Below, in pieces: positions 19,686 through 31,319 of a stretch of 64,000 nt of DNA; the stretch's first letter is position 1, and every line of letters starts with the position of its first letter. Origin of the DNA: Bacillales bacterium UBA4278 (GTDB lineage: Bacteria; Bacillota_I; Bacilli_A; RFN20; CAG-826); contig DGVS01000005.1 of the NCBI GenBank assembly GCA_002395065.1, positions 78,928-142,927 on the forward strand, read 5' to 3'. The notes below the pieces were generated by a model. That model saw only the letters and a program-made list of their open reading frames with translations. It did no database searches and was not told the DNA's origin. The position numbers and the translations under genes are program-made.

Positions 19686-20561
19686 TTATCTCCAGTTTAC
19701 GAACTGGGATTTTTTTAACATTTCAATTTCTTCCTTATAAGGAGGTTTTCCATCAACGTATGGAGTCTCAAGTAACTTCGGAAGATCTTTTAATAATGGA
19801 TGATGAACAAATCGATTTAGCGCTTCAAAACCAATTGTTCCATAACCAAGATTTTCATGACGGTCTTTATGTGAACCAGACTCATTTTTGGAGTCGTTAA
19901 TATGTAAACAGAGAAGTTTCTTCAAACCTATGGTTTGGTCGAAATGTTTTAAGACTTCATCGATGTCTCTGACATCGTAGCCATAATCCGAGATATGACA
20001 TGTATCAAGACAAACACCAATTCTTTCTGGGTGTTTAACTTTAGAAATAATCTCAGCAATTTGTTCAAATGTTGAACCCATTTCGCCACCTTTACCGGCC
20101 ATGGTTTCAAGAGCAATTTGGACATCACTATGGTCTTTATCTAAAACTTCGTCGAGAGCTTTAACAATCGAATCGATTCCGTTTTCAACTCCTGTTCTAA
20201 CATGACTTCCTGGATGAAGAACCATAATTTTCACACCAAAAGCAGCTGTTCTTTGAAGTTCGATTGCTAAAGCACTTTTAGCTAAATCATAGACGTTTTC
20301 ATTTAACTGATTGGCGATGTTAATAATGTATGGAGCGTGAACGACAACTTTGCTTTCATCGATACCATGCTCTTTTAAAAGAGCACGTCCTTCATTAATT
20401 TTTAGTCTTTCAAGAGGAAGACGAAATGTGTTTTGTGGAGCGCCAGTGTAAAACATGAGTGTGTTAGCGCCATATGAAAGGGCCTCTTTGACTGATCCGA
20501 GATAGTAATCTGGTGCTGACATGGAAACATGTGAGCCAATGTAGAGTGTTTCTTTATCCAT
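19686..20561 (-). CDS. nfo: Endonuclease IV
   Basis: [40 protein letters not shown]; start probably MDKET at 20561. Confidence 0.93.
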   Translation of the reverse strand: MDKETLYIGSHVSMSAPDYYLGSVKEALSYGANTLMFYTGAPQNTFRLPLERLKINEGRALLKEHGIDESKVVVHAPYIINIANQLNENVYDLAKSALAIELQRTAAFGVKIMVLHPGSHVRTGVENGIDSIVKALDEVLDKDHSDVQIALETMAGKGGEMGSTFEQIAEIISKVKHPERIGVCLDTCHISDYGYDVRDIDEVLKHFDQTIGLKKLLCLHINDSKNESGSHKDRHENLGYGTIGFEALNRFVHHPLLKDLPKLLETPYVDGKPPYKEEIEMLKKSQFVNWR

Positions 20562-21912
20562 TTTGTCGGTTCTCTTTCTTGTATCGTTCAACGCGCTGAC
20601 GTCGAATATCTTTTTTAATGATTTCGCGTCGATGTTGTTGTTTAACTTTCTTGACTTCTTCGCGTACTTTCTTCTTGTATCCTGGTTTAACTTTCTTATT
20701 TTTTCCTTTGGAAAGATTTACTACTTTACGGATCTTTTGATCAAGTTCACTGTCTTTCTTTTTACTAGTTGGATGTGCTTTAACAATCTCGTGACCTTCG
20801 CTTAGTTTTCCACTTCGAAGGGTGAGATATTTAAAGCTAACACCTTGTTCTTTTAAAGTGAGTGGTTTAGAAGTGTGTTCGTTGTTGTAGAATGTATAAC
20901 ATTTTCCTTCTTTACCAAAGCGTCCAGTACGACCAGCACGATGATAATAGAATTCAAGATTTTCTGGTAAATCGACATTTATAATGTCGGTGACATCTTC
21001 AATATCAAGGCCTCGTGCCGCCATATCGGAGCACACAAGGTAATAAATCTCGCCGTTTTTAACTCGTTTAAGGACATTCTTTCTTTCACGAGCTGATAAG
21101 TCTCCGGTTAGTAAACCAGCTGGTTGACCATTTGATTTTAAGAATTCATAGACTTTATTTGCTGTTTCTTTCTTTGAAGCAAACACTAAAAGAAGATAAG
21201 GATGAATTTCTTTTATCATAGATAAAACAGCATGATTAATATCTTGGTGACCAACATCGACAAGAAGATGCTCAACACTGCTACTAGTCATAATTTCTTC
21301 GTTGATGACGAGTTGATCAGCGCCAATGTACTTTTCTAATTCGTGACCGAGGTTAGCTTCAAGCGTAGCGGAACAAACAAGGAATTGCGGACGAGTGATT
21401 CGTAAAACGAATCGGTCGATATCAGGGAAAAACCCTTCTTTTAGAAGCATATCAGCTTCATCAAGCACAATTGTTTTCACATCAGTGAGGGAAACAATGT
21501 TTTGATCGAAGATATCCGCAAGTCTTCCTGGAGTTCCGACAATTATGTGTGGAGCAACAGAGAGACCTTTAGTTGAGTTATCTCGCTCAGTACCAGATTT
21601 AAATAAACGAACTTTCAGTTCTGAATAATCATTTGTAAATTCGACAAATGTATCAAAGATTTGTTGAGCAAGTTCTCTAGTTGGAGCAACAACAATCGCT
21701 TGAACATTTTGATTTTTTAAATCAATTCGTTCAATAATTGGTATAACAAAGCTGAGGGTTTTACCTGTTCCTGTAGCTGATTGAATAAGTAAATTTTCAC
21801 CTTTTAAGGCCTTTGGAATGACACGAAGTTGAATTTCACTTGGATGATAAAAATGCTGGCGTTTTAAGCTAGCAATCATTTTGTCGGAAAGGTTAATCGC
21901 ATTAAAAGGCAT
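20554..21912 (-). CDS. cshB: DEAD-box RNA helicase (CshB-like)
   Basis: [32 protein letters not shown], basic tail KVKPGYKKK. Confidence 0.85.
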   Translation of the reverse strand: MPFNAINLSDKMIASLKRQHFYHPSEIQLRVIPKALKGENLLIQSATGTGKTLSFVIPIIERIDLKNQNVQAIVVAPTRELAQQIFDTFVEFTNDYSELKVRLFKSGTERDNSTKGLSVAPHIIVGTPGRLADIFDQNIVSLTDVKTIVLDEADMLLKEGFFPDIDRFVLRITRPQFLVCSATLEANLGHELEKYIGADQLVINEEIMTSSSVEHLLVDVGHQDINHAVLSMIKEIHPYLLLVFASKKETANKVYEFLKSNGQPAGLLTGDLSARERKNVLKRVKNGEIYYLVCSDMAARGLDIEDVTDIINVDLPENLEFYYHRAGRTGRFGKEGKCYTFYNNEHTSKPLTLKEQGVSFKYLTLRSGKLSEGHEIVKAHPTSKKKDSELDQKIRKVVNLSKGKNKKVKPGYKKKVREEVKKVKQQHRREIIKKDIRRQRVERYKKENRQNG

Positions 21913-21968
21913 AATTTTTACCGCGCTTTATTATACACGAAAAATTCTATTCGTGTTATTATAACGAC

Positions 21969-22838
21969 ATGAAAATCGAAATTCTCGAACCGTTTGGATA
22001 TTGTGCTGGTGTGGACCGAGCAATCTCGATGGCCTACAAGTGCAAAAAAGAAAATCCAAACAAGAAGGTTGTTGTTCTTGGAATGCTTGTTCATAACCAA
22101 GATACTTTGAATGAACTTTCAAAGGCGGGAATCGAAACTATTTACGAAGAAAAGACCTCTTTAGTGGATTTAATCGACAAAGTTGATAGAAATGCAATCG
22201 TCATTTTGACTGCTCATGGCCATTCTCGTGCGGTTGAGGAAAAATTAGAAGGACTTGGAATCCCATTTGTGGATGCGACTTGTCCTTTTGTCACCCTTAC
22301 CGAAAACATGATTAAAAAAGCTGTTTTTGAAAACCGTGATGTTCTTTACTTAGGTAAAAGAAACCATCCTGAGGCTAACGCAGCACTTTCCATTAGTAGT
22401 AAAGTTCATTTAATCGAACCAAAAAACATTCATTTAGACACGAAATATCATCGCCCGTTAGTTATTAGCCAAACGACATTTTCTAACGAAGAAATCGCTA
22501 ATGCGATTGATGTTATAAAAAATGAAATGAGTGATGTCCAAGTTGTGGAGTCAATTTGTCATGCCTCAACACTACGACAAAATGCCCTCAAAAAATTATC
22601 GCAAGATGTTAAATTGATTTATGTTGTTGGAGGGAAAAACTCCAATAACACGAAAACATTATTTGAAATTGCTTCTGAATCACATCCAAACGCTGTTGTT
22701 CATATGATTCAGAATGCTTCGGAAATAAACAAAAAAGACCTATATGGTCTTGATTATGTCGTAATCTCATCTGGAGCATCAACTCCAAAAGAGATTACAA
22801 TTCAAGTTAAAGAAAAAATCGAATTGTTAATGAATTAA
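21969..22838 (+). CDS. ispH: HMBPP reductase
   Basis: GYCAGV, VHN, AHG, DATCPFV, HPE, SQTT, SGASTP. Confidence 0.95.
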   Translation: MKIEILEPFGYCAGVDRAISMAYKCKKENPNKKVVVLGMLVHNQDTLNELSKAGIETIYEEKTSLVDLIDKVDRNAIVILTAHGHSRAVEEKLEGLGIPFVDATCPFVTLTENMIKKAVFENRDVLYLGKRNHPEANAALSISSKVHLIEPKNIHLDTKYHRPLVISQTTFSNEEIANAIDVIKNEMSDVQVVESICHASTLRQNALKKLSQDVKLIYVVGGKNSNNTKTLFEIASESHPNAVVHMIQNASEINKKDLYGLDYVVISSGASTPKEITIQVKEKIELLMN

Positions 22839-23600
22839 TTCTGGTAAATCCTCATGATCGACTTCGATAACATCTAACGAAGAATCGATTGATAAGAGGA
22901 TTTTTTTCATTTGTGGAATAAAAATCTTTTCCACTTCGTGGGGAACATCGAGATAGTTATAGTGCTGGGCTAAAACATCGCGACGAATATGATGTGGAGT
23001 GTCTCCAGAAATATAGATATCATAACCTTCATCCATCGCATTCTTATATTTATAAGAACCACCGCCACCTAGAACAGCAACTGTTTCAATGATATCTTTT
23101 CCACCATGAACAAGGTGAGAATATTCAAGATTAAACTTTTTGGTTGCATAATATGCAAAATCTCGAATTTTCATTGGTTGTTTGAGCTTTCCACCGCGGC
23201 ACATATAACAAGTATCTAAAGGTTTGACGTCTTCTAGTTCAAGCGCTTTAGCTAACGCGTCATTCATTCCGCCAACGCCTTTATCAAAATTGGTGTGCAT
23301 TGAGTAAACAGGAATATCTAAAGCATCAATTTTTTCACATAAAACTCGTTTAAACTCGCAATATTTAAATACATGGTACTTTGTACCATAGATAAATGGG
23401 TGATGAGTTAGGATTAAATCTGGTTTTTCCTTCATTTGAAGAATTTTTTCGTAGACGATTTCATCAAAATCAAGGCAGAGCAAAACACGATGTGTATCTT
23501 CTTTTAAGCGTCCAGTCATTAGTCCAACATGATCGCCATGATCAGCGAGTGATTTTGGAAATCTTTTGGCGAGATTTCTTAAAAGTCTAATCGTGTTCAT
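22827..23600 (-). CDS. Nif3-like dinuclear metal centre protein
   Basis: D.VGL, THHP, SMHTNFD, GGGG, H..E; follows trmK. Confidence 0.85.
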   Translation of the reverse strand: MNTIRLLRNLAKRFPKSLADHGDHVGLMTGRLKEDTHRVLLCLDFDEIVYEKILQMKEKPDLILTHHPFIYGTKYHVFKYCEFKRVLCEKIDALDIPVYSMHTNFDKGVGGMNDALAKALELEDVKPLDTCYMCRGGKLKQPMKIRDFAYYATKKFNLEYSHLVHGGKDIIETVAVLGGGGSYKYKNAMDEGYDIYISGDTPHHIRRDVLAQHYNYLDVPHEVEKIFIPQMKKILLSIDSSLDVIEVDHEDLPELIH

Positions 23601-24220
23601 AAATGTTTTAACCTTTCAATCTTGTGCGCTAACTCAATAGAGTTATTGCAGTTATAATTTCTTTGATATTGCTCTAAAAGAGTTTCTCGATATTCATTAA
23701 AAAGTGGATCTTTATTAATGTGATAACCAAACTCTAAATCGGTTGGAGTGAGTTTACTTTGGCCTCGTTTAACACTCATCACGTTATAGAAGACACCTTC
23801 TTTAACAAGAATCTCTTTTTCAAAGTCGTATCCGAGGTTTTCAAGTGTTTGACGAACTAAGCATAGGTCTCGGTGCGCATCCACAATGATGTATCTAACG
23901 TTTTTTAGTTTCTCTTCATTCTTTAAGAGAATGTCTGAAACAAGAATGCCACCCATTCCAGCTATGATCACCGTATCAACATCATCAGGAATTTCACTAA
24001 TTCCATCGCTTAATGACGTAGTAATTCTAGGATATTCTTTCGTGTTTTTCTCTAATCTAGAAAACGGGCCTTTTTTATTTTCAACGGCAAAGACTTTTTT
24101 CGCAATCTTGTTTTCGACTAAATAAATCGACAGTAGTCCATGGTCGGCGCCGATGTCAGCCACCACTGCTCCTTTTTTAACTAAGGAAGCAATTGTAAAA
24201 AGTCTTTGACTTAATTTCAT
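23597..24220 (-). CDS. trmK: tRNA m1A22 methyltransferase
   Basis: LSQRL, ADIGADHG, IAGMGG. Confidence 0.9.
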   Translation of the reverse strand: MKLSQRLFTIASLVKKGAVVADIGADHGLLSIYLVENKIAKKVFAVENKKGPFSRLEKNTKEYPRITTSLSDGISEIPDDVDTVIIAGMGGILVSDILLKNEEKLKNVRYIIVDAHRDLCLVRQTLENLGYDFEKEILVKEGVFYNVMSVKRGQSKLTPTDLEFGYHINKDPLFNEYRETLLEQYQRNYNCNNSIELAHKIERLKHL

Positions 24221-25509
24221 TAGGAACGATATCCTCGGTAATCTCCGAGCTTTTTAGCTCGGTTTGGATGACGAAGTTTCTTGATCGCTTTTGCTTCGAT
24301 TTGACGAATACGTTCACGAGTAACGTTAAATTCTTTACCGACTTCTTCGAGAGTTCTTGGATGGTTATCTTCTAATCCGTAACGAAGTTTGAGAACTTTT
24401 TGTTCTCTTTCGGTGAGATCAGACATAACTTCATAAAGTTCATCCTTAAGAAGTGATTTGGTTGTGTATTCATTTGGTGTTTCAACTTCCTTATCTTCCA
24501 GGAAATCACCTAAGTGGGAATCGTCTTCTTCCCCGATTGGAGTCTCTAAAGAGACTGGTTCTTGATTGATTCGTTGAATTTCACGAATTCGGTCAGCACT
24601 TAATGCACCTTCAAGACGATCAGAAATTTCTTCTGCGGTTGGTTCACGTCCTAACTCTTGGACGAGTTGACGTTGAGCGCGGGTAATCTTGTAGATTGTT
24701 TCCACCATATGAACCGGAATTCGGATGGTTCGGGCTTGGTCAGCAATCGCCCGAGCGATCGCTTGACGAATCCACCACGTTGCGTATGTTGAGAACTTAA
24801 ATCCTTTGGTGTAATCGAATTTATCAACGGCCTTGATTAAACCCATATTTCCTTCTTGGATGAGGTCTAAGAAAGGCATACCACGACCAGCATATCGCTT
24901 TGCGATAGCGATAACTAAACGAAGGTTGGCTTGAATGAGATCTTGCTTGGCTTGTTCATCACCAGCAGCAATTCTTTTGGCTAGTTCAGTTTCTTGTTGA
25001 GCAGTTAATAATGGGACTTTACCAATTTCGCGAAGATATATCTTTACAGAGTCATTAACCTTCACATCTCCAACAATCATCTTGGATAAGTCAGCAGTAA
25101 CTTCTTCTTCATCGATTTCTTCCTCTCCAAGCATATCATCATCAGATAGATCCATGCCTGCTTCATTCATTTTTGATTCATCAAAGTCGATATCTTCCAT
25201 ATCTCCTTCTTCATCAGAAATAACGTTGACCTTGTTATTTTGGAAATAAGCAATAATGCCTTCGTAATCCTCATCGGTGAGGTCAAGCATTGATGTGGCG
25301 TCATAGATTTCTTCTTGCTCGATGGTGTTATCGTTTTCTTTCGCCTTCTTAAGAAGATCTTTTTTGATTGCTTCTAAAACGTGGGCTTGATCAACGTCTT
25401 CTTCACCATCATCTTCTGAAGCTTTAGCAACTTTCTTAGCCTTGGTTGGTTTAACTTCCTTCTTTGCTTTGGCCTTTTTAGCGGCCTTTTTTATTTCTTC
25501 CTTTGCCAT
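24220..25509 (-). CDS. rpoD: Primary sigma factor SigA/RpoD
   Basis: [40 protein letters not shown]; start 25509. Confidence 0.96.
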   Translation of the reverse strand: MAKEEIKKAAKKAKAKKEVKPTKAKKVAKASEDDGEEDVDQAHVLEAIKKDLLKKAKENDNTIEQEEIYDATSMLDLTDEDYEGIIAYFQNNKVNVISDEEGDMEDIDFDESKMNEAGMDLSDDDMLGEEEIDEEEVTADLSKMIVGDVKVNDSVKIYLREIGKVPLLTAQQETELAKRIAAGDEQAKQDLIQANLRLVIAIAKRYAGRGMPFLDLIQEGNMGLIKAVDKFDYTKGFKFSTYATWWIRQAIARAIADQARTIRIPVHMVETIYKITRAQRQLVQELGREPTAEEISDRLEGALSADRIREIQRINQEPVSLETPIGEEDDSHLGDFLEDKEVETPNEYTTKSLLKDELYEVMSDLTEREQKVLKLRYGLEDNHPRTLEEVGKEFNVTRERIRQIEAKAIKKLRHPNRAKKLGDYRGYRS

Positions 25510-25534
25510 AACTCTTCCTTCCTTTAATCGTGGC

Positions 25535-27346
25535 TTATTTGCCGTTTTTCGTGGTTCGTTTGATATATTCATCCATGAGCCGTGCCTGCTCGTGAGCGCT
25601 TTTTCCTTCAAAAGCTTTCAGTAGCGTGTTTCTCTCATAGACTTTTGTTCTTTCTTCAGCAATGATTTTTTCACAATCTTTTAGTGCTTCTAAAGAATAT
25701 TTGATTGTGGAAATTTTAAACGATAACTTTGTTAACAAATTAATCACGTCTTCCTTAAGATCAACATTTGATAGTGAAACAATGTCAATCAGTGCACTTG
25801 GGGAAACTGGTGCATCGGGATAGTTGTGGACATAGTCCACGATGAAGTTTGCTAACACGCGATACGTCTCAGTGTAGAAATACTTAATATGTTCTTCGAA
25901 GAAAATAACAGCGTCCTTCTCAACCATCATTTGTTCAATGACCATACTTTCAGCGATTTCTAAACGTCGGAGTTCCTTTGGAACATTTTTGGTTTTATTC
26001 TCAACAATCACATCAGTTTTATTACTCATCTGAACTGGTTTTTTACCATCTTTATACTTTTGGACAAGATTACGAATCGCTTGTGAAGAAAAACCAGTAA
26101 TCTTTTCTAGTTTATAAATATAATTGTCAGCATCAAGTTCAGATTTTTGTGTAGCAATCATTGGGACAAAGTGATTAATCACTTTCTTCTTATCTTCGCT
26201 CGAGCCAAGAGGTGATGTTGTTTCGTAGTAGTTGATTATAAAATCAAATGGATCAACTAATGAATTAACATATGTTTTTAAAGCTTCTGGTCCATCTTGT
26301 TTGAGGATTTCGTCAGGGTCGCGAAGTTCTCCAGCTTTGCTGACGTATCTTGCGTGGATACGTGCTTCATTAAGTTGAGAGATGATTTTCATCATCGCTT
26401 CTTGACCTGGATGGTCACCATCTAGACAGACACGGACCTCTACATTAAGCTTACGTAGCTCATTAATGTGTTGTGTTGTCAACTTTGTTGACATTAAAGC
26501 AACACATGAGGTCACACCAATGCTATCAAGAGCAAAAACATCCATAAATCCTTCAACAATATAGATGTAGCCATCATGTTTCACGGTCTGCTTAGCGTTG
26601 TTATAGTTGTATAAAACATTACCTTTGGTAAAGATTCGTGTTTCAGGGGAATTTACATATTTTGGAGCATCATCTCCACTGGTCATTTTGCGAGCTGAAA
26701 AACCGACAACTTGTCCGCTCTTATCGCAGATTGGGAAGATTAATCTTCCAGCATTATTGTCGCTCATGCCACTAGTTTGTAGTAAAGCGATGCCTGTATC
26801 TTGAATGTTCTTAAAAGAAAATCCTTTTTGCTTCAAGTAGTCAATTGTCAGTTTTCCATCGCTTAAGGAATAACCTAATCCGAATTTGGTTTGTTGATCA
26901 TTGCTAATTTGTCTTTTCTCGAGATAATCTCGAGCTACTTTACCTTCATCAGTCATTAAACAATATTTATAGAACTTATGAAGTTCAGTAATACAGTTAT
27001 AGATTGGAACTAAATCGGTATCGACAGGTTTTTGATATGTCTTCTTATGAAGACGCGGATCATCATAACCAATAATTTCGGCTACTTTACGAACCGATTC
27101 TTCGAAGGTGCATTTTTCATACTTTTGGACGAATGTAAAAACATCACCACCAATATTGTCAACAAAACATCTAAATGTTTGATGTTCTTTAGAAATCTGC
27201 ATTGATGGTTTGTGGTCATCATGGAATGGGCAGATACAAACATAATTGCGTCCTTTCTTTTGAACGCTTGGCAAAAAATACGAGATGATATCAACAATAT
27301 CAGCACGTTCTTTAATTTCTTTTAAAACGTCATAATCAATTGCCAT
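25535..27346 (-). CDS. dnaG: DNA primase
   Basis: CPFH zinc ribbon, [20 protein letters not shown]. Confidence 0.95.
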   Translation of the reverse strand: MAIDYDVLKEIKERADIVDIISYFLPSVQKKGRNYVCICPFHDDHKPSMQISKEHQTFRCFVDNIGGDVFTFVQKYEKCTFEESVRKVAEIIGYDDPRLHKKTYQKPVDTDLVPIYNCITELHKFYKYCLMTDEGKVARDYLEKRQISNDQQTKFGLGYSLSDGKLTIDYLKQKGFSFKNIQDTGIALLQTSGMSDNNAGRLIFPICDKSGQVVGFSARKMTSGDDAPKYVNSPETRIFTKGNVLYNYNNAKQTVKHDGYIYIVEGFMDVFALDSIGVTSCVALMSTKLTTQHINELRKLNVEVRVCLDGDHPGQEAMMKIISQLNEARIHARYVSKAGELRDPDEILKQDGPEALKTYVNSLVDPFDFIINYYETTSPLGSSEDKKKVINHFVPMIATQKSELDADNYIYKLEKITGFSSQAIRNLVQKYKDGKKPVQMSNKTDVIVENKTKNVPKELRRLEIAESMVIEQMMVEKDAVIFFEEHIKYFYTETYRVLANFIVDYVHNYPDAPVSPSALIDIVSLSNVDLKEDVINLLTKLSFKISTIKYSLEALKDCEKIIAEERTKVYERNTLLKAFEGKSAHEQARLMDEYIKRTTKNGK

Positions 27347-27362
27347 AAACTTTGTTTATAAT

Positions 27363-27391
27363 CTACTAAATATTTACTAATTAATTACTAA
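27363..27391 (-). repeat. TTAGTA(G/A) heptad array (array 4)
   Basis: Minus strand TTAGTAA-ttaa-TTAGTAA-atat-TTAGTAG, period 11. Confidence 0.85.
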
Positions 27392-28755
27392 TCAATAATT
27401 TTGCTTTCTAAGAATTCTCTAACCTTTTCAATCGGCATTCTTTCTTGTTTCATGCTGTCACGATCACGCACAGTCACACATCCATCGTTAGCAGTTTCAA
27501 AGTCTACTGTTATACAGTAAGGTGTGCCAATAGCATCTTGTCTACGGTAGCGTTTTCCAATGCTTGCGGTTTCATCATAAGTGACGGAAAAGTACTTATT
27601 TAGCATAGCTAAAACTTCCTTTGCTTGTTCATTGAGCTGTTTACTTAATGGAAGAACCGCTGCTAAATATGGAGCGACTTTTGGACTGAAATGCATCACA
27701 ATACGTTTGTCATTTTCGAGTTGTTCAACATCGTATGCTTCGCATGCGAGCATAAGGAAGATTCTTTCAACACCCATTGAAGGTTCGATACAATATGGAA
27801 CATATTTTTCGTTCGTTTCTGGATCGAGATATTCAAGTGATTGTCCGCTGGCATCCATATGGCGTTTGAGATCGTAATCTGTTCTATCGGCTACGCCGAG
27901 AATCTCTCCCCAGCCAAATGGGAACTTATATTCAACGTCACATGTTGCTTTGCTATAGAAAGCAAGCTCTTCTGGTTCATGATCCCTATAGCGAAGATTT
28001 TCTTCTTTAATGTTGAATGATTCGAGGAAATGCAAACAATATTCTTTCCAGTAGGAAAACCACTCTAAATCAGTTCCAGGCTTACAGAAAAATTCCATTT
28101 CCATTTGTTCGAATTCGCGAACGCGGAAAATGAAGTTTCCTGGAGTAATTTCGTTGCGGAATGATTTACCAATATTGCAGATACCAAATGGAATTTTGCG
28201 ACGAGATGTTCTTTGAACATTTTTAAAATTCACGAACATACCTTGTGCAGTTTCCGGACGAAGATAGACAAGTGATTCACTTGCTTCAGTAACTCCAATG
28301 TGTGTGCGGAACATCATATTGAACTGACGAATGTCAGTAAAGTTTGATTTTCCACAAACTGGACATTTAACCTTCTTTTCACGAATAAATTCCATTAATT
28401 GATCATTGTTCATTTTATGAACATCAACATCTGGATATTGTTCTTCGATCAGGTTGTCAGCACGGTGACGAGCATGACATTCCTTGCAGTCAATTAACGG
28501 ATCAGCAAAAGTAGCAACGTGTCCAGTTGCTTTCCAAACGCCAGGATTCATCAGAATCGCTGCATCAACTCCAACATTTGTTGGAGATTCATGAACAAAC
28601 TTTTTCCACCAGAGCTTTTTAATGTTGTTTTTTAATTCAACACCTAAAGGACCGAAATCCCAGGAGTTGGATAGTCCACCATAGATTTCACTATCTTGGT
28701 AGACAAAACCGCTCGTGATTAAATGATTTACGATTTCGTCAAATTTCTTTTCCAT
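27388..28755 (-). CDS. glyQS: Glycine-tRNA ligase, homodimeric type
   Basis: EIYGG, LRPETAQG, FRNEITPGNFIFRVREFEQME, SIGKRYRRQD; start 28755. Confidence 0.96.
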   Translation of the reverse strand: MEKKFDEIVNHLITSGFVYQDSEIYGGLSNSWDFGPLGVELKNNIKKLWWKKFVHESPTNVGVDAAILMNPGVWKATGHVATFADPLIDCKECHARHRADNLIEEQYPDVDVHKMNNDQLMEFIREKKVKCPVCGKSNFTDIRQFNMMFRTHIGVTEASESLVYLRPETAQGMFVNFKNVQRTSRRKIPFGICNIGKSFRNEITPGNFIFRVREFEQMEMEFFCKPGTDLEWFSYWKEYCLHFLESFNIKEENLRYRDHEPEELAFYSKATCDVEYKFPFGWGEILGVADRTDYDLKRHMDASGQSLEYLDPETNEKYVPYCIEPSMGVERIFLMLACEAYDVEQLENDKRIVMHFSPKVAPYLAAVLPLSKQLNEQAKEVLAMLNKYFSVTYDETASIGKRYRRQDAIGTPYCITVDFETANDGCVTVRDRDSMKQERMPIEKVREFLESKIID

Positions 28756-28848
28756 TTTGGTTACCTCAATAAAATTGAATGCTAAATATAATGTGTTTGA
28801 AAGCACATCTTGTCAACCTACTATGAGTGTATTTTAGTGAATTTTTAG

Positions 28849-29562
28849 TTAATTTTGAAGTAATTTCAGTGAATTTATTGAAAATTCAACCGTTCCTAGA
28901 ATGAATTCCTCAAGTAGAGAGAGAATAACGAGACATTCATCTTTCTCAAAAGATATATGGTCATACAATTCTGGCTGGACCATAAAAATATAACGGATTA
29001 TTTTTAATAAACGTGGTGATAATTTAGCCCCGTTTTGGCCATCAAAACAATTTCGACAGATAAATCCTCCAGTTGAAGTGTTTACCGCCACTATGTCGTC
29101 TTTTTGACCACATTTTTGGCATCCTTTAATGTTCCAGCCATATCCTGATTCATTTAAAATGAAGGCCAGATAGATAATTGCCAAAGTATAATGATCAAAA
29201 CCTTGTTCTAAAAGCTCAACAATACGTTTGATTGGTTTATAAGCTTTGTAGAGCTCTTTTTCCGGAAGAAACTTAATCGTCACTTCACTTAAAAAGTCAA
29301 ACATTAGTAAGCCTTGATAAGATTCTCGAAGCTTTGAATGGGAATTCACTACGTTTCCTGTCTTTAAAGACAGGCCATCTTTGGTTTTCATAATGTCAAA
29401 GTGTGATTCGGCAAATGGAAGTAAACTAAAAGAATTCTTTGAGTGGATTTTACGAACCCCACGAGCTAAAAAAGAAAACGATGATCTTTCGTTAATAACG
29501 TTGACCATTGCATCATAATCACGGAATGGATTTAGACGTAGAACAAGACCATCGATTTCCAT
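28849..29562 (-). CDS. recO: DNA repair protein RecO
   Basis: GLVLR, ARGVRK, CQKC...CRNC; follows era. Confidence 0.9.
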   Translation of the reverse strand: MEIDGLVLRLNPFRDYDAMVNVINERSSFSFLARGVRKIHSKNSFSLLPFAESHFDIMKTKDGLSLKTGNVVNSHSKLRESYQGLLMFDFLSEVTIKFLPEKELYKAYKPIKRIVELLEQGFDHYTLAIIYLAFILNESGYGWNIKGCQKCGQKDDIVAVNTSTGGFICRNCFDGQNGAKLSPRLLKIIRYIFMVQPELYDHISFEKDECLVILSLLEEFILGTVEFSINSLKLLQN

Positions 29563-30434
29563 TATTTGTATCCTAATTCTTTTAATAATCTTTGATTATT
29601 GAGCCAATCCTCTTTGACAGAAACGAATAATTCAAGAAAGATTTTCTTTCCATAATACTCTTCAAGATCTTCGCGAGCTTTCATTCCAATAGCTTTAATT
29701 CGCTTACCATTTTTACCAATCACAATACCTTTGTGCGATTCTTTATCAACTATAATAGTTGAACGAATGATACATTTGCCTTTTTGATTCTTAATGTCGT
29801 CGACACGAACAGCAAGATTATGTGGAACTTCGTCTTTGAGAAGGTTTAGAAGTTTTTCACGAATCACTTCCGAAACAAAGAATGATGGATCTTTATCGGT
29901 GAGAGCATCTTTTTCAAAATATCGCGGTCCTTCTTTGATAAGAGGTTTGATTTTCTCTAAAAGAGAATCGATACCAAAGTTTTCGATTGCAGACATCTCG
30001 ATAATTTCTGCTTTTGAATAGACTTCATGATATTTTGCTTTGATTTCTTCAACCTCTGGTAAACGTAACAAATCAATTTTATTGATTACTACAAATAAAG
30101 GCGTCTTTTTATCAATCTTGTCTTCAATAACTTGATCGCCAGCATCAAATTTTCTTGAACCATCCACCACAAGCACTATCGCATCAACATCTTTAGTCGA
30201 AGCAAATGCTTGTTGGTTCATATATCGTCCAAGGGAATGATGGGCTAAATGAATTCCTGGAGTGTCAATGAAGATAATTTGGTATTCGTCATCATCATAA
30301 ATTCCTTTAATGGAATTGCGAGTTGTTTGGGCTTTTTCGGTCACAATTGAAAGTTTTCGCTCTAAAAGAGCGTTGATGATGGTTGACTTACCAGCGTTTG
30401 GTCGGCCAATAATTGCGACAAAGCCACTTTTCAT
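29562..30434 (-). CDS. era: GTPase Era
   Basis: GRPNAGKST, QTTR, DTPG, NKID, VIGKNG KH domain. Confidence 0.97.
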   Translation of the reverse strand: MKSGFVAIIGRPNAGKSTIINALLERKLSIVTEKAQTTRNSIKGIYDDDEYQIIFIDTPGIHLAHHSLGRYMNQQAFASTKDVDAIVLVVDGSRKFDAGDQVIEDKIDKKTPLFVVINKIDLLRLPEVEEIKAKYHEVYSKAEIIEMSAIENFGIDSLLEKIKPLIKEGPRYFEKDALTDKDPSFFVSEVIREKLLNLLKDEVPHNLAVRVDDIKNQKGKCIIRSTIIVDKESHKGIVIGKNGKRIKAIGMKAREDLEEYYGKKIFLELFVSVKEDWLNNQRLLKELGYK

Positions 30435-30835
30435 TATTTGAGATCGTCAGCAGAGAAGGCGTATGGAAGAAGTTCTTTGATTGTTGTTTCTTCAACTTGG
30501 CCTTTGAGATTAGACATATAAATTGGAGCACTACTAGGGAAAATTTCACTTAAAACTTGGCGGCAGGCTCCGCACGGTGAACATGGATCATCTGAAGCGG
30601 CACAAAGTGCCATGGCGACAAAATCTTCTTTTTTCTTACCGTGCATATAGGCGTTATAAAGAGCGTTTCTTTCAGCACACATGCAAAGTGGGTAAGAAGA
30701 GTTTTCTATGTTTGCTCCAACATAAACTTCGCCATCTTTACATAGTAAAGCGGCTCCGACAGCAAAGTTGGAATATGGAGAATAAGAAAGTTTACGGGCT
30801 TCCTTAGCTCTTTCGATTAGTTCTTCTTTTGTCAT
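30434..30835 (-). CDS. cdd: Cytidine deaminase
   Basis: YSPYSNF.VGAA, CAERNA, PCGACRQ. Confidence 0.95.
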   Translation of the reverse strand: MTKEELIERAKEARKLSYSPYSNFAVGAALLCKDGEVYVGANIENSSYPLCMCAERNALYNAYMHGKKKEDFVAMALCAASDDPCSPCGACRQVLSEIFPSSAPIYMSNLKGQVEETTIKELLPYAFSADDLK

Positions 30836-31284
30836 TTTCGACCTCCAAGGATTTCATCCTGTAATGCAAACATCTTCACTTCGTCTTCTTTTGTCATGTG
30901 GTCATAACCAAGTAAATGGAGTAAACCATGAACGAACAGGAATGAGAATTCTCTTTTAAGAGAATGTTCATATTCTTTAGCTTGTTCCTCGGCTTTCTCA
31001 AACGAAATGAGAATTGTTCCCAATGAAATCTGATTTTGACCAACAAGAGTTGTTTCGTCTTTGTCATCTAAGAAGGCAAAGCTAATGACATCAGTTGGAC
31101 GATCAACACCGCGATAAGTTTTGTTTATTTGATGAATAAACTTGTTATCAACGATATTTACATCAACTAAGTATTCATCTTTAAGATGAAGGTGATTAAA
31201 AACTTTTTTCGCAAGGTCATTAAAGACGGAGTCGTACTCGTCATAGGTTTTTGGACCTTGGTTGATGTAGTCGAGTTCAATCAT
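30832..31284 (-). CDS. ybeY: rRNA maturation endonuclease YbeY
   Basis: PTDVISF, HGLLHLLGYDH. Confidence 0.95.
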   Translation of the reverse strand: MIELDYINQGPKTYDEYDSVFNDLAKKVFNHLHLKDEYLVDVNIVDNKFIHQINKTYRGVDRPTDVISFAFLDDKDETTLVGQNQISLGTILISFEKAEEQAKEYEHSLKREFSFLFVHGLLHLLGYDHMTKEDEVKMFALQDEILGGRK

Positions 31285-31319
31285 TGGGCCGATATTATAA
31301 CATGTTTTATAAAACTAGT

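Noticed and set aside
28756-28848. T-box upstream of glyQS
   Set aside because: Only 93 bp, with a promoter close to the start and no T-box motif
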